Of a DNA stretch of 64,000 bases, positions 1 through 12,670 are shown in pieces. The notes under the pieces are model-generated. The model was not told the origin of the DNA, did not search any database, and worked only from the letters and a program-made list of their open reading frames with translations. The stretch comes from the human T2T-CHM13v2.0 reference genome, Homo sapiens: the NCBI RefSeq assembly GCF_009914755.1, contig NC_060939.1; one strand, given 5' to 3'. The position numbers and the translations under genes were made by a program. The number at the start of each line of letters is the position of its first letter. Position 1 is the first letter of the stretch.

Positions 1-575
1 CTCATCCTCCACCTTCTCCACCTCGTCTACCACCTCCTCCTCCACCTCCTCCACCTTGTCCACCTCCCCCTCCACCTCCCCTTCCACCTCTTCCACCTCG
101 TCCTCCACCTCCTTCTCCACCTCCTCTACCTCGTCCACCACCTCCTCCTCCACCTCATCTACCTCCTCCACCACCTCCTCCTCCACCTCCTCTTCCACCT
201 CCTTTACCTCCTCCTCCACCTCCACCACCTCCTCCTCCATCTCATCTAACTCCTCCACCACCTCCTTTTCCACCTCCTCCTCCACCTCCTCCTCCACCTC
301 ATCTATCTCCTCCTCCACCTCCTCTTCCACCTCCTCCTTCATCTCCTCTTCCAGACCTCCTTTACCTCCTCCTCCACCTCCTCCACCTCGGCCTCCACTT
401 CCACCATCTCCTCCTCCCCCCTTGTCCTCCACCTCCTCCTCCACCTCCTCCACCCTCCTCCACCTCCTCCACCTTGTCTTCCACCCCTCCTCCACCTCCT
501 CCACCTGGTCCTCCACCTCCTCCTCCCTCTTCCAACTCCTCCAACTCTTCCCCCACCTCCTCCACCTCTTCCTTC
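1..575. repeat. Degenerate (CCTCCA/CCT)n pyrimidine-rich low-complexity expansion, truncated by the window start
   Basis: Continuous cctccacctcct-type units that merge into Tigger2 internal sequence at about 560. Confidence 0.95.
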
Positions 576-933
576 TCTGCCACCCTGACACAGCAAAACT
601 AAGTCCTCCTCTTCCTCCTCCTCCTCAGCCCACTCAGTGGGAAGATGACAAAGATGAAGATCTTTATGATGATCCACCTCCACTTAATGAATAGTAAATA
701 CATTTTCTCTTCCCTATGATTTTCTTAATGATATTTTCTTTCCTCCAGCTTACTTTATGGTAAGAATACAGCATATAACGCATATACAAAAGATGTATTA
801 ATCATCTATTTACATTTCCAGTCAATATGAGGCTATTAGTAGTTACGTTTTGGAGGAGTCAAAAGTTACACGTGGATTTTCAACTGCAGAGGGAGTCAGT
901 GCCCCTAACCGTGTACTGTTCAAGGGTCAGCTG
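555..933 (+). mobile_element. Tigger2/Tigger2a (TcMar-Tigger) DNA transposon, 3' part
   Basis: Translates to the transposase C-terminal remnant PPLPPPPQPTQWEDDKDEDLYDDPPPLNE*; ends in the TIR ...ctgttcaagggtcagctg followed by TA (934-935). Confidence 0.85.
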
Positions 934-935
934 TA

Positions 936-1050
936 CAAAATGAGGACAAGATGTAGTACCCATTCCCCAGGGTTTACTGCTAGGCTTAAATAAGTTGATA
1001 TGAAACACTGTTAGAATCGCGTCTGGCAAAAAAAGTAAGCACTCATTAGT
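936..1050 (+). mobile_element. MIR 3' fragment
   Basis: aaaatgagga...gttagaatcgcgtctggca...gtaagcactcatta resembles the MIR tail. Confidence 0.6.
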
Positions 1051-1281
1051 TCTTGTGATCGATCCAGTTACAGTTTCACATACAGATGACTGTACCCACC
1101 CACCAGCACTCACCAGAGGGGGCCCTTGGATCTAAACAGTGTGGAAGCCACGCCTGTTCCCCTCACCTCACACAGGCCTGTGTGCAAGGTGACTGAGCCC
1201 CCCTGGATTTCTGACTAATCATCTTTGGACCACCAGCAGGTAAACAACTCTCCCCTCCTGTGTCCCCAGAATGCCTCAGCA

Positions 1282-1762
1282 GCATTAGTTTCCTATTGCT
1301 GCTGTAACAAATTGCCACAAACCTGGTGACTTATAGCAACACACAGCTATCATCCTACATTCTGGAGGTCAGAGGTGCAAATCAGTCTCACTGGGCTAAA
1401 TTCAAGGGGTCACAAGCCTCGATCCTCCTGGGGGCTCCAGGAGAGAATCTGCTTCCCTGCCTTTCCGGGCTTCCAGAGGCCACCTGCCTTCATTGGCTCA
1501 TAACTCTCTTCCTCACATCATTCCAGTCACTGCGTTCATCATCCCACCTCCTACTACTGACTCAGATCTTCTGTCTCCCTCTCAGGAGGACCCCTGTGAT
1601 TACACAGGGCCTGCCTACATAATCCAGGATAGTCTCCCTCTCTCAAGATCCTTAACCGAATCACATCCGCAAAGTCCCTTTTTGCCATGTGAGACACAGA
1701 TTCACAGCTTCTAGGGATTAGGATGTGGACTTCTCTGGGGGACCACAATTCCATCTACCACA
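1282..1762 (-). mobile_element. MaLR LTR (MLT1D-like)
   Basis: ttagtttcctattgctgctgtaacaaattgccacaaac...atccttaaccgaatcacatccgcaaagtcc...catctaccaca. Confidence 0.85.
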
Positions 1763-1859
1763 TTGACCTAACCCATATTCAACCTACCCAGCTTTGCTAG
1801 CTCTTAGACGTTGGGTTAGTCCCAATACCTGGTCCACAAAACTGGAACTGAATATGACA

Positions 1860-2260
1860 TTTCACATTTGCATCATAAAGATTCTCCGGATGCTGTGTGA
1901 AGGGGAAATTGAGAGGACAAGAGCAGAAGTGGAGAAGCCACTTACGGGGCTACCAGAATAATCTGGGTAAGAGAGACACAGCAGGCAGAAGTCTGTATTT
2001 TTGAAGAAGAATCAGTAGGATGACAAGAGGCTACGTTAGGAAGGACCACTGGTGTCTGGTTGGAGGAACTGGGTGAATGGTGGTTCCACTCCTTGAAAAC
2101 AGAGCAGAAGACACTTATTTGGAGGGGAAATGAGCAACTTGGTTGGGGATATCCTGAATTTTAAGTGTCTATGACTTGTCCAAGTGCAGATGTAAAGTCA
2201 GCAATAGGGTATGTCAAGAGGAGAGAGGTAACAGCTTCAAATGCAGAGACCTGTGTGAGT
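1860..2260 (-). mobile_element. L2 fragment
   Basis: Purine-rich antisense L2-like motifs (ggaactgggtgaatggtgg, gtccaagtgcagatg). Confidence 0.55.
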
Positions 2261-2717
2261 GACAGAAGTGTCCAGTGGGGCAGAGAGAGAGGAGCCTGGG
2301 CCCAGGAATGTCCTCCTGCTGACCAGCTGCAGTGAAGCTCCGCTGGCCCCATCTCTCAGTGTCAGCCCTGCCCTTGCTGTGTCCACTGCCAGGGTGTCCC
2401 TTGCAGGGGCACTCACTGCACAGTCATCATTCCCAGGGAGCATGGCCACTTCACCTTGCTGCTCCGCCACACCTCTGTTTTGGGCGGCCCTGAGGATGCT
2501 CTGAGACTGGGCTACAGTCTCCACAGGTTCCAGCTATGGATGTCTGCCCCACAGCCTCATCTAGGGAGGTCTGTTTGCCCACCATTGAGGGCCCTGTGGC
2601 AGCACCTGGCTCTTCCCTCTCTGCTATGTTCAACATGTCCCACAGCAACATGGAAATTAGCAAATGTCTTTATTCCACACACTGTCCATGGGAAATTTCA
2701 GACCCAATCTTGTAGAC

Positions 2718-2930
2718 CAGAGGTCAACAAACTATGATCCCTAGGCCAAATCTGGCCTGCTGCTTTTGCAAACAAAGTTATACTGGAACACAGTTATACC
2801 CATTCATTTATAAATGGTCTATGGTTGCCTCCACACAATGATGGCAGGGTTGAGTAGTTGCCACAGAAGACCATGTGACCACAAAGCCTAAACACTGACT
2901 CTTCTGTATAGAAACGTTGGTCCATCTCTG
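2718..2930 (+). mobile_element. MER58A (hAT-Charlie MITE)
   Basis: cagaggtcaacaaactatg...ggccaaatctggcctgc...ttggtccatctctg; flanks resemble the NTCTAGAN target site. Confidence 0.75.
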
Positions 2931-3981
2931 GTCTACACATTTTCCTCCCCCAGTGCTATCTTATGGCTCCTCCATCATGGTGGAAGACATGGAAGGCAAG
3001 GGACAGATGGCCAATGTCCAGTCCTCATTCATTCAATCATGTGGAGTAGTACAGGGTGCTACGGTGCTATGTCCCTTCTTAGGGACCCAAGAAGCTTCTT
3101 CACTTCTAAATCTCTCCACCTGCTCAGAGTCCTTCCTCCCAGACTCACATGGCTTTCTCCTTCCCCTTCCTTTCCACTCCCCGGTGGAGGGGAACTTCTC
3201 TCCCATCATCTCCTCCATCCTACCACCAATAAAACCATTTTCAGGCCTCCCAGCTTTGCTCTCAGTATATAAAAGAAAGCTTCTGGAATATGATTCTTTT
3301 TCTCTTGCCACAAAGCCTAGTTTTCATGACTGTAGTCCCTCTTGAGACTGAAGAAAGTCAGTGCCAGGACTCAAAGCTGAGTAATGAGCTTTTTGTTCTA
3401 CATAGTACTTGCTCTTCCCCCAAAGAAAAGAACACCCTTGATTTAATGGGTGGGAGAGCTGCAGGGTAATATGATTTACAAGAAAGAAAAAAAAATGGGT
3501 CAATTTAAATTTTCAGAGCTATTATTCTTGCAAGAACTAGAGTGAGGTCCAAAAAGTTTCCACCAGTCTATGGAAAGAGAGATACAGCATGAAACTTGGA
3601 AAACTGGGTCAGAACTCAAGAAAGAGCTAGCTGGAGATGAGCCCTGCTAATCAGTCTCTGAGACTGTGAGCTGCTCCCTTGGAGTTCTCCTGCTGATGGA
3701 GTTCATTTGGGTGGAAGAGGAGAGAAAGACGGCCATTGAGAGTTATGAATAAAAGTTAAGATCAGTTACTGGCAGAGGAAACAGAGAGAAGAGTCTCAAC
3801 TCAGCACATGAAGGAGAGAGGCTTTAGAGTGATAAGATGAGCTGCACCTAGGAACTCCCAGAGTCTACAAGTTCCAACAGCTAAAGCAAAAAATGGGATA
3901 AAAAACCAGGTGACAAAAGGCTACCTGCAGAAATACAGATGAACCCTGGGCCTCCAGACCCCTATGTCTCACGCCAGCACT

Positions 3982-4203
3982 TACAGCACTAGTATCATTC
4001 TCAGGCAGAGGAAAAAAGAACGCTGCACTCCCCAAAGAAATGAGCCATCGGCCTCTTCTGCTTTCAAACTGGGAAGTCATGCCCCCCAGAGCAGACACTC
4101 TTCATATTAGCTAAGAAATGGCAGGAGGGGCAGCTCATCTATGCCCAGCCCAAGCATCCAAAGGTGAGGCCGCCAGCTGACATGCTCTGCCCACATCCAG
4201 ACA
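3982..4203 (+). repeat. Probable donor copy of a ~220-bp dispersed direct duplication
   Basis: Aligns by eye to 6625-6845 with about 15 differences. Confidence 0.95.
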
Positions 4204-4999
4204 GAGCTAGGCCACACCCTCATTTGATGGGGAGGTCAGGGACATAGAAGAAAACATGCCAAGCACCTTTAATCAACCCTATAAACATCAAAGGACAACC
4301 AAGGGCCACCAGACTGTTAAGGAAAACCAAAACTAGCAAAGACAAAGATTTAGAGCAATACACAGAAAAACTGACTCTGGAGCAAACTAGAAAACTTATC
4401 TTACTTAATTCCAATTAGTACCCTCAGGTAGAAATGAAAAAAATATGCAACCAAAAGATAAGACAAATACTAAGAAAAAGTAGCAGGAAATATAAATGAG
4501 AATAAAAAATGTATAAAATAACAAGTTAATCTCACCTGTTCTGTTGCAACCCTGTGCTAGGTTTCCAGAAGGCTTAGAACTGCCACTCAGATCTTCAGCC
4601 AAACCAGGATGAAATGTAACAACTAGCAACTAATGTCAACCCATGCTTGGGTCCAAGACTGACCAGGGAGCAAACTGCACAGTCAGATTGTTTATACAAA
4701 ATGTTCAGCATAATGATCTGCACCTGGTTCTCTGATTTTGTTACTGAACTCGTCATGCATCCTGGTTCTAGATACCTGACCAAAAGGGTAGGAAAGACTC
4801 CTCCTCCGATAAGCCTGTTGCTCCCAAGGCCAAGCGTCTCTCCAGTATCTTAATGATTCACAATCTGAAGACAAAGTGCATCCTGTGTGACAGAGAAAGG
4901 CCTCTGGGAGCAGCACATGGGTGGGCTGGACCTCTCTAGTACTGCCCTGTGTGACCTTCCTCCTCCTGCCCTGCACCATTTCCCTTTCTGAAAGCCTTA

Positions 5000-5280
5000 G
5001 GGTCAGGCAAAGTGGCTCACGCCTGTAATCCCAACACTTTGGGAGGCTGAGGTGGGAGGGTTGCTTGAGGCCAGGAGTTTGAGACCAGCCTGGTCAACAC
5101 AGAAAAAAACCCATCTCTACAAAAAAATTAAAAATTAGCTGGGCATGCTCCTGAGTGCCTGTAGTCCCAGCTACTCGGGAAGATCGCTTGAGCCTAGGAG
5201 TCTGAAGCTATAGTGAAATGTGATCATACCACTGCACTCCAGCCTGGGTGACACAGCGAGACCCCAACTCTTAAAAAAAA
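5000..5280 (+). mobile_element. AluJ
   Basis: Alu body with TSD gaaagcctta (4990-4999 / 5281-5290). Confidence 0.9.
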
Positions 5281-5349
5281 GAAAGCCTTACCCAAGTATA
5301 CCCTGGGGAGTCTCAGAGTCCTTCCAACTGTCCAACCCTGTGTCACTGA

Positions 5350-5496
5350 TGTACTTAATGGGTACAATGTTCAGTAGTTGGGTGACAGATACCCTAAAAG
5401 CCCTGACTTCACCACTATACGATCTGTGCATGCAACAAAATTATACTTCTACCCCATAAATCTATACAACTGAAAGTAAATAAATAAAAATTAAAA
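5350..5496 (+). mobile_element. L1PB/L1MA 3' end
   Basis: cttaatgggtacaatgttc...ctaaaagccctgacttcaccacta...ccccataaatctatac plus an A-rich tail. Confidence 0.75.
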
Positions 5497-5623
5497 TTCA
5501 ATAGGTGGTCCAGAAGATGGAATTAAAGAAATCTCCTGGATTATAAAGCAAAAAGCACAGCAGTGGAAACTGTGACAGAGAAGTTAAGACACCTGGAAGA
5601 TCAACACAGAAAGTCAGACACCT

Positions 5624-5913
5624 GGCCAGGCACAGTGGCTCACACCTGTAATCCCAGCACTTTGGGAGGCCTGAGGTCAGGAGATCAAGACCATCCTGGC
5701 CAACATGGTGAAACTCCATCTCTACTAAAATACAAAAAATTAGCCAGGCATGGTGGTGGGCACCTGTAGTCCCAGCTACTCAGGAGGCTGAGGCAGGGGA
5801 ATCGCTTGAACCCAGGAGGCAGAGGTTTCAGTGAGCCGAGAGAGATTGTGCCACCGCACTCCAGCCTGGTGACAGAGTGAGACTCTGTCTCAAAAAACAG
5901 CAACAACAACAAA
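5624..5913 (+). mobile_element. AluS
   Basis: Alu body with TSD aaagtcagacacct. Confidence 0.92.
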
Positions 5914-6314
5914 AAAGTCAGACACCTAACTAACAGGAGTTCCATAAAAGAGAAACAACAATTGAGGAAATACTCAAGGTACAAAATTTTCAGCATTAAA
6001 GAAAGGACACATTGAGTAGCTAAGACCCATCACTAAGTTCTGCAAAATATCAGAAAACCAAGAACAAAGAGTAGACCCTAGCAGCTTCCAGAAAAGCAGG
6101 TTAGGTTACCAGCAAAAGAAGATGAACCAGATTAGCATTAGATGCTTCTTCAGTGATGTCGGTTATGAAGACAATGGTGTGCTTGCCACCAAAGAAGTAA
6201 CAACAGAGGGTTGAAATATTTAACTCTGAGGAATAGGGAGGGCAGGAGCTGAGGAGTAGGTTTTGCCTTTCATTCTGTACCTTTCCATACTGTCTGAATG
6301 TTTATTTCCATGAA

Positions 6315-6580
6315 CATATATTGCTGTCATCATCATCATCATCATCATCATCACCATCATAAAGCACACACATATACATGGTTTTATGCACAGATACATA
6401 CATACATATTTTAATATGTATATGTATGTTTTATGATGGTGATGATGATGCTAACAGTAATATGTGAAAACAATCAGTAATATATGAAAAGAAAAATTAG
6501 TTATATATGAAAAAGATAACAGAATATATGAAAACTACATTATATAATATATAACGTACATTATATATAATATACATTAC

Positions 6581-6614
<34 letters not shown>

Positions 6615-6844
6615 GACACACACATACAGCACTAGTATGCATTCTCAGGCAGAAGAAAAAGAATGCTGCACTCCCCAAAGAAATGAGCCATCGGCCTCTT
6701 CTGCTTTCACACTGAGAAGTCATGCCCCAGAGCAGACACTCTTCATATTAGCCCAAGATATGGCAGGGGAGGCAGCTCACCTATGCCCAGCCCAAGCATC
6801 CAAAGGAGAGGCCGCCAGCTGACATGCTCTGCCCACATCCACAC

Positions 6845-6881
<37 letters not shown>

Positions 6882-7001
6882 CTGACATGCTCTGCCCACA
6901 TCCACACATCATCACATATATTATATATAATATATATTATATATATTTTTATATAAATTATATATTATAATATATATTATATATAATATATATATAATGT
7001 G
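6315..7001. repeat. Complex microsatellite/rearrangement tract: (CAT)n, (TA)n, (CA)n, a fold-back inverted repeat and a 220-bp duplicated insert
   Basis: Inverted arms 6315-6379 / 6416-6466; four cagtaatatatgaaaa-like units; insert at 6625-6845; sub-duplication at 6881-6909. Confidence 0.9.
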
Positions 7002-8267
7002 CTTTCAGTACCAGGGGAGCATGTCACAGCAGGGCTCTTTCTCCACACAGACACAGTGCTTCTCTACCTCCTTAAACTCTCTCAGATGTCACCCCACTCA
7101 CCAAGAGGCATGCATCTGGGCCACTGGGAGCAACCATAGGTAGAACTTTTGAAGTCACTGGGCAGGTGCCTTGCTCAGGGGGTTCCAAAGGTTTTTGCTT
7201 TCTTTTTTATTGTTGTTGTTATTGATGATATGGCAATAAAGCAATAAAGTATCATGAAATGTATATACAATTATATGTATACTTTTTAAACACATTCTCT
7301 TTTTTCCAAAGAGAAAGCCAATCTTGAGGAGCAGCTATTGACCATGTTATGACAGACTCACAGCCCTGTTAACCTGCTCACATTTCTTAGGTGTTACTTC
7401 CTCTTCTGGAAGAGTCCGCTCTGGGGTGTCTCATACCCTCTCAAGGCACCAAAGACAGGGGCAGGCCCAGAGAGGGGACCTGGGTGTCACCAATGCTGGA
7501 TTTAATGAATTGGCAGGTGCAAAGCAGATGCTATGTTCCTCTGCTTTTTTCTGACACTGGGTCAGAAATCAGTTTCAAAAAACATAGTATCCCTTTGCAA
7601 ATGGTAGAAAAGAACTTGGGTATAATTGAAAAAAAATGTGTTTTTTTAAAAAAAATCAAGAGACTGATGAGGATATGCTCATTGTGGCTAAGTTGCTTAT
7701 TAACATGTTAAGTAGGTATCATTATCATAATCCTTTCAAATTCTGCTGAGGGTTCCAAAAATGTCTTTCAAAATCACTATCCCTATTCACTATCAAAGCC
7801 ATTATCTATAATTTCTCATTACAGATGAGAAGCCAGCACATCTCTTATAATTAGTTAACTTCGAGGTTTACTTTTCAAATAAAAATTTGCTTTTTCATGA
7901 AGTCCCACATGTTCTCTGTTTTCTCTGCAAAAGAGTGAGCTTAAACTTTAAGGATTTATTTTAGAACAAATAACTTGAATGTTTATGTAATAATTATGTC
8001 ATAGGCTTTAGTAGCTGGGATGCAAAAGAAGTAGTTTGTTTACATTTATTATGCCCTAAATACTAGACTCACCAACACCCCTTCCTCCCCCACAAATGCC
8101 AGTGTTTTAACATCCTCCATTCCTGTGGGCTGCCTACATCACCCTCCATCTCACTGTACCATGTCCTTCAGGTAAATCATGACACTTTTATCAGCAGTTG
8201 GAAGTGGAGATAAGAGCAGTCCAAGCTTATAAATTGAAACTATAATTCCAAAACATGGTATCAAAAA

Positions 8268-8574
8268 TGGGGACACATTGGTCAAAGTGTGCACATTTTC
8301 AGTTAAAAGATGAATCCGTACTGGGTTTCTAAAGTACAGCCTGTCAAGTACAGTTAATAGTATTGTCTTGTATACTTGAAGTCTGTTAAGGGAGTAGATT
8401 GTAAATGTTCACACACACACATAGAGGTAACTACGTCAGGTGATGGACACGTTAATTAGCTTGATTGTGGGAATCATTACACAGGTATACTTACATCAAA
8501 ACACCATACTGTATACCTTAAGAATGACAAATTTTTTATTTGTCAATCATCATACCTCAATAAAACTGAGGAAA
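8268..8574 (+). mobile_element. L1MA9-like 3' UTR
   Basis: ttggtcaaag...gtatacttgaa...ggtgatggacacgttaattagcttgattgtgg...tacctcaataaa. Confidence 0.8.
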
Positions 8575-8900
<326 letters not shown>

Positions 8901-9749
8901 TCAGGTAGGCCTGAAGCTCGGGGACGCCGGGGGACAGTGGGCCTGGGAACCGCACCTGCCCTGCACCTGGCCAACACACAGGCAGGCATCTAGCCAGAGC
9001 TCCAGAAAAGCTCAGAGAAGCCACTGCATATCCCACCTCTGCCACAAAGGCAGAGTAGGCTTCTCAAAGGCCCTGAGAGGACCCTGTCCCCTCATCAGGC
9101 GATTCCCCAGCAGCACCTGCCTATGGGGAACCAAGGAGGGTGAGGTCCTAGGGACTCAGAGGAAGCCATGTTCTAGCCTTTGCTGTCTGTCAACATCCTT
9201 CCTTCCATGACTGTCATCCTCAGAAGAGCTCTGTGATGACAAAAAAAAAAAAAAACACGTGGTTTAAACTCACTATCAAACGTGGAAACAACAGTTTGAA
9301 GAAACCATCCTAGGTTTTATAATTTCTTTACTCTTCAATAAAACTATCGGATACAGTACTTTTGACCTTTTCAAAATTCCAGTTTGAAATTCCCCCAAAT
9401 AAAAAGGTGAAATACAAAGGAAAAAAAAATCTCTTTCACACACTCAAATTATGTAGACCCCGGTATAATGTTCAAGGTCCGTTTTCTTTTGAAGAATTAT
9501 TTTTAAATGAACCAGGCCAGGGATTCTTCCTGTGGGGTTACAGAGTAGAAGATGACAAGGGGGGGGGAGGGTGAAAGCATAAAGAAACCATTTGGCTTGA
9601 GCAAGGGGGATTGTGATCACAGCTGTCATTTAGTCTGGTATACTAACAGAAAACACAGATTTAAATAGATTGTTAAAGAGGAAAGCGTAACCACTAGAAG
9701 AACGGAGACACACAGGAGAGAGTGGTTGGAGTTCATGAATACACATTTT

Positions 9750-10100
9750 TTAAAAGAAGACACACGAATGGCAAACAGGTGTATGAAAAAATGCTCAACA
9801 TCACTAATCATCAGGGAAATGCAAGTCTAAACCACAATGAGATATCATCTCACACCTGTTACAATGGCTATTCTCACAATGACAAAAGACAGCAAGTGTT
9901 GGCAAAGATACGGAGAAAGGGGAACAATTTCTCTGCTGGTGGGAAGGTAAGTTAGTACAGCCATTACCGAAAACAGTATGAAAGCTCCTTTAAAACTTAA
10001 AAATAGAACTATCCCATGTAGCAATTCCACCTTTGGGTATATATCCAAAGGAAATGAAACCAGTATGAATGAAGAAATATCTGCACCCCCATGTTCTAAA
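9750..10100 (+). mobile_element. L1M ORF2-end/3' UTR fragment
   Basis: aaaagaagacacacgaatggcaaacaggtgtatgaaaaaatgctcaacatcactaatcatcagggaaatgcaa. Confidence 0.85.
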
Positions 10101-10139
10101 ATGAATTCATAAATCCATACATATATACATACATACATA

Positions 10140-11405
10140 GGAGAGAATGGAAAAGCTCTTCCTACAGTAGAATAACAATTAATAAATGTAGAAGGAATGG
10201 GCCGGGTGTGGTGGCTCATGCCTGTAATCCCCGCACTTTGGGAGGCTGAGGCAGGCCGATCACGAGGTCAGGAGATCGAGACCATCTTGGCTAACACGGT
10301 GAAACCCCATCTCTACTAAAAATACAAAAGAATTAGCCAGGCATGGTGGCGGGTGCCTATAGTCCCAGCTACTCGGGAGGCTGAGGCAGGAGAATGGCGT
10401 GAACCCAGCAGGCAGAGCTTGCAGTGAGCCGAGACTACGCCACTGCGCTCCAGCCTGGGCAACAGAGCGAGACTCCATCTCAAAATTATAATAATAATAA
10501 TAATAAAATAAATAAATAAATAAATGTACAAGGAACGGAAATATAAAATTATGACTTGGCAATCATCGTAGAGGAGGCTGGTTTGGGTGGCAATCATCAA
10601 CGGATGTGAAGTTGAAAGAGAGAGGTTTGACCAGAAACAGGATATTGGCATAATCTGAGACTTCCTTACACAAATTATAATTAAAGGGGAAATGGTGAAT
10701 TTAAAATGATAACACCTGGAGGACAGCAATAATGTTAGGTGATCAAGGTGAATATCGCCAATGGTGAGAAGGGCTGACATCAACGCCTCCTGATGCGATG
10801 CACTGAGAAAAGCATGGCATCAACTTTGGGATTGTCCTGCCAAGAATGCATGAGCCAAGTCTGCCCATGAGGATAATCAGATGGATCCAGGTTCAGGGTC
10901 ATCCTACAGAATGCAAGGCCTGTGCCCTTCAAAACTGTGGAAAACGTGAAACAGAGAGGAAGGCTGAGGAGAGTGAAGACACACAAGGAATGCTCATGTT
11001 CCTGGGTAGGACCCTGGGCCAGAGAGGAAAAAGAAACACTACTTGGTCAGGTGATGAAATTGGAATGGGGTCTACAGATTGGATAACAATGTTCTTCCAA
11101 TGTTGTTTTCCTAATTTGGAGAGGTTTATGATGAGTACATAAAGAGCATCCATGAGTGGTGAGAATATACACTGAGTTTTTTAGGGGTGAAGCAACATCA
11201 TGTCCACAGCTTTCTCCCAAAACACTGAGAAAAAGACTAATGATAATTGAGAATTTTTTTACCTTGAGAAAGACAATGTGCACAAGCTCAAGCCATGGGG
11301 TAAATGCAATAACATGTTTACAATTCAGGAATTTAAGAGAAGAGACACAGGAATTCTTGGTTCTGTTCTGTAACTTTTCTATAAGTTAGAAATTATTTCA
11401 AAAAA
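10140..11405 (+). mobile_element. L1MC/MD-type 3' UTR
   Basis: cttcctacagtagaat...gatcaaggtgaatatcgcc...taacttttctataagttagaaattatttcaaaa; hosts an AluY. Confidence 0.7.
10200..10519 (+). mobile_element. AluY
   Basis: Diagnostic gatcgagaccatc...gctaacacggtg, gagaatggcgtgaacc; TSD aataaatgta(g/c)aaggaa. Confidence 0.93.
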
Positions 11406-11559
11406 TTTCCAGAAAACAATATTAAGACAGAGTTTCATTGTTTATTAGCATAGAATTTGGCTATGAGCATTCCAGTGTACTATATCTTCAAATGACTATG
11501 ACTTTTTACCCGATGCCCAAGGGAGGGTTCTGTCTATGTGTGTGTGTTGTTGTTGGTTT

Positions 11560-11903
<344 letters not shown>

Positions 11904-12343
11904 TAAAATCCATTATTTTACAGGGAAACATGTCAATGCTGACTATTCTACATTGATTTTTCCCAGTTACACAATGTAACCTTTCAAATCTTATTTTAGG
12001 AAGGTTTTCTTGCATTATAGTTCTAAATATTTATGCTATTCTATTGCTTTGTTTTTCTGTCCCTGGACACTAATTATACATATATTGAACCTCCTTTGCC
12101 TGTGTCCTACATTCCTTTAATTCACTATATCACCTTCTTTTTTTTATTATTTTTCTCCTTTTCACCCTCTATTTTTATTTCTGTGCTTCCTAAGAATATC
12201 TATTTGCTCCCATGTTCCTTCTAATTAAGTCTTCATTTTTGAAACTCATTTTTCCAAATTCTTTTCTGACATCTCTCTGTTCTCCTTTCATAATTTCCTG
12301 TCATCTAGCCATATCTTTTGTAGTTTTTACAATTTCTGATTCA

Positions 12344-12670
12344 GGATGGGAGCAGTGGCTCGTGCCTATAATCCCAGCACTTTGGGAGGCCAAGGCTGGT
12401 GGACCACCTGAGGTCAGCAGTTGAAGATCGGCCTGCTAACATGGCAAAACCACGTCTCTACTAAAAATACAAAAATTAGCTGGGTGTGGTGGAAAGCACC
12501 TGTAATCCCAGCTACTCAGGAGGCTGAGGCTGAGGCAGGAGAATCGCTTGAACCCGGGAGGCTGAGGATGTAGTGAGCCAAGATTGCTTCATTGCACTCC
12601 AGCCTGAGCAACACAGCGAGACTCTGCCTCAAAAATAAAAATAAATAAATAAATAAATAAGTAAAATAAA
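12344..12670 (+). mobile_element. AluS
   Basis: Alu body; TSD tttctgattca. Confidence 0.9.

Larger units (their letters stand above)
4270..6180 (+). mobile_element. Fragmented ancient L1ME/HAL1-like ORF1 region, interrupted by younger insertions
   Basis: A-rich degenerate ORF1-like pieces at about 4270-4520, 5497-5623 and 5914-6180. Confidence 0.45.

Noticed and set aside
56-694. 212-aa Ser/Thr/Pro ORF as a mucin-like gene or domesticated transposase
   Set aside because: TTG start; a low-complexity expansion that simply lacks stops; only the last ~35 residues are a fossil Tigger2 tail, with no DNA-binding or DDE domain
4520-5350. Possible old LTR inserted in the L1/HAL1 remnant
   Set aside because: I could not identify termini, a TSD or a family by eye
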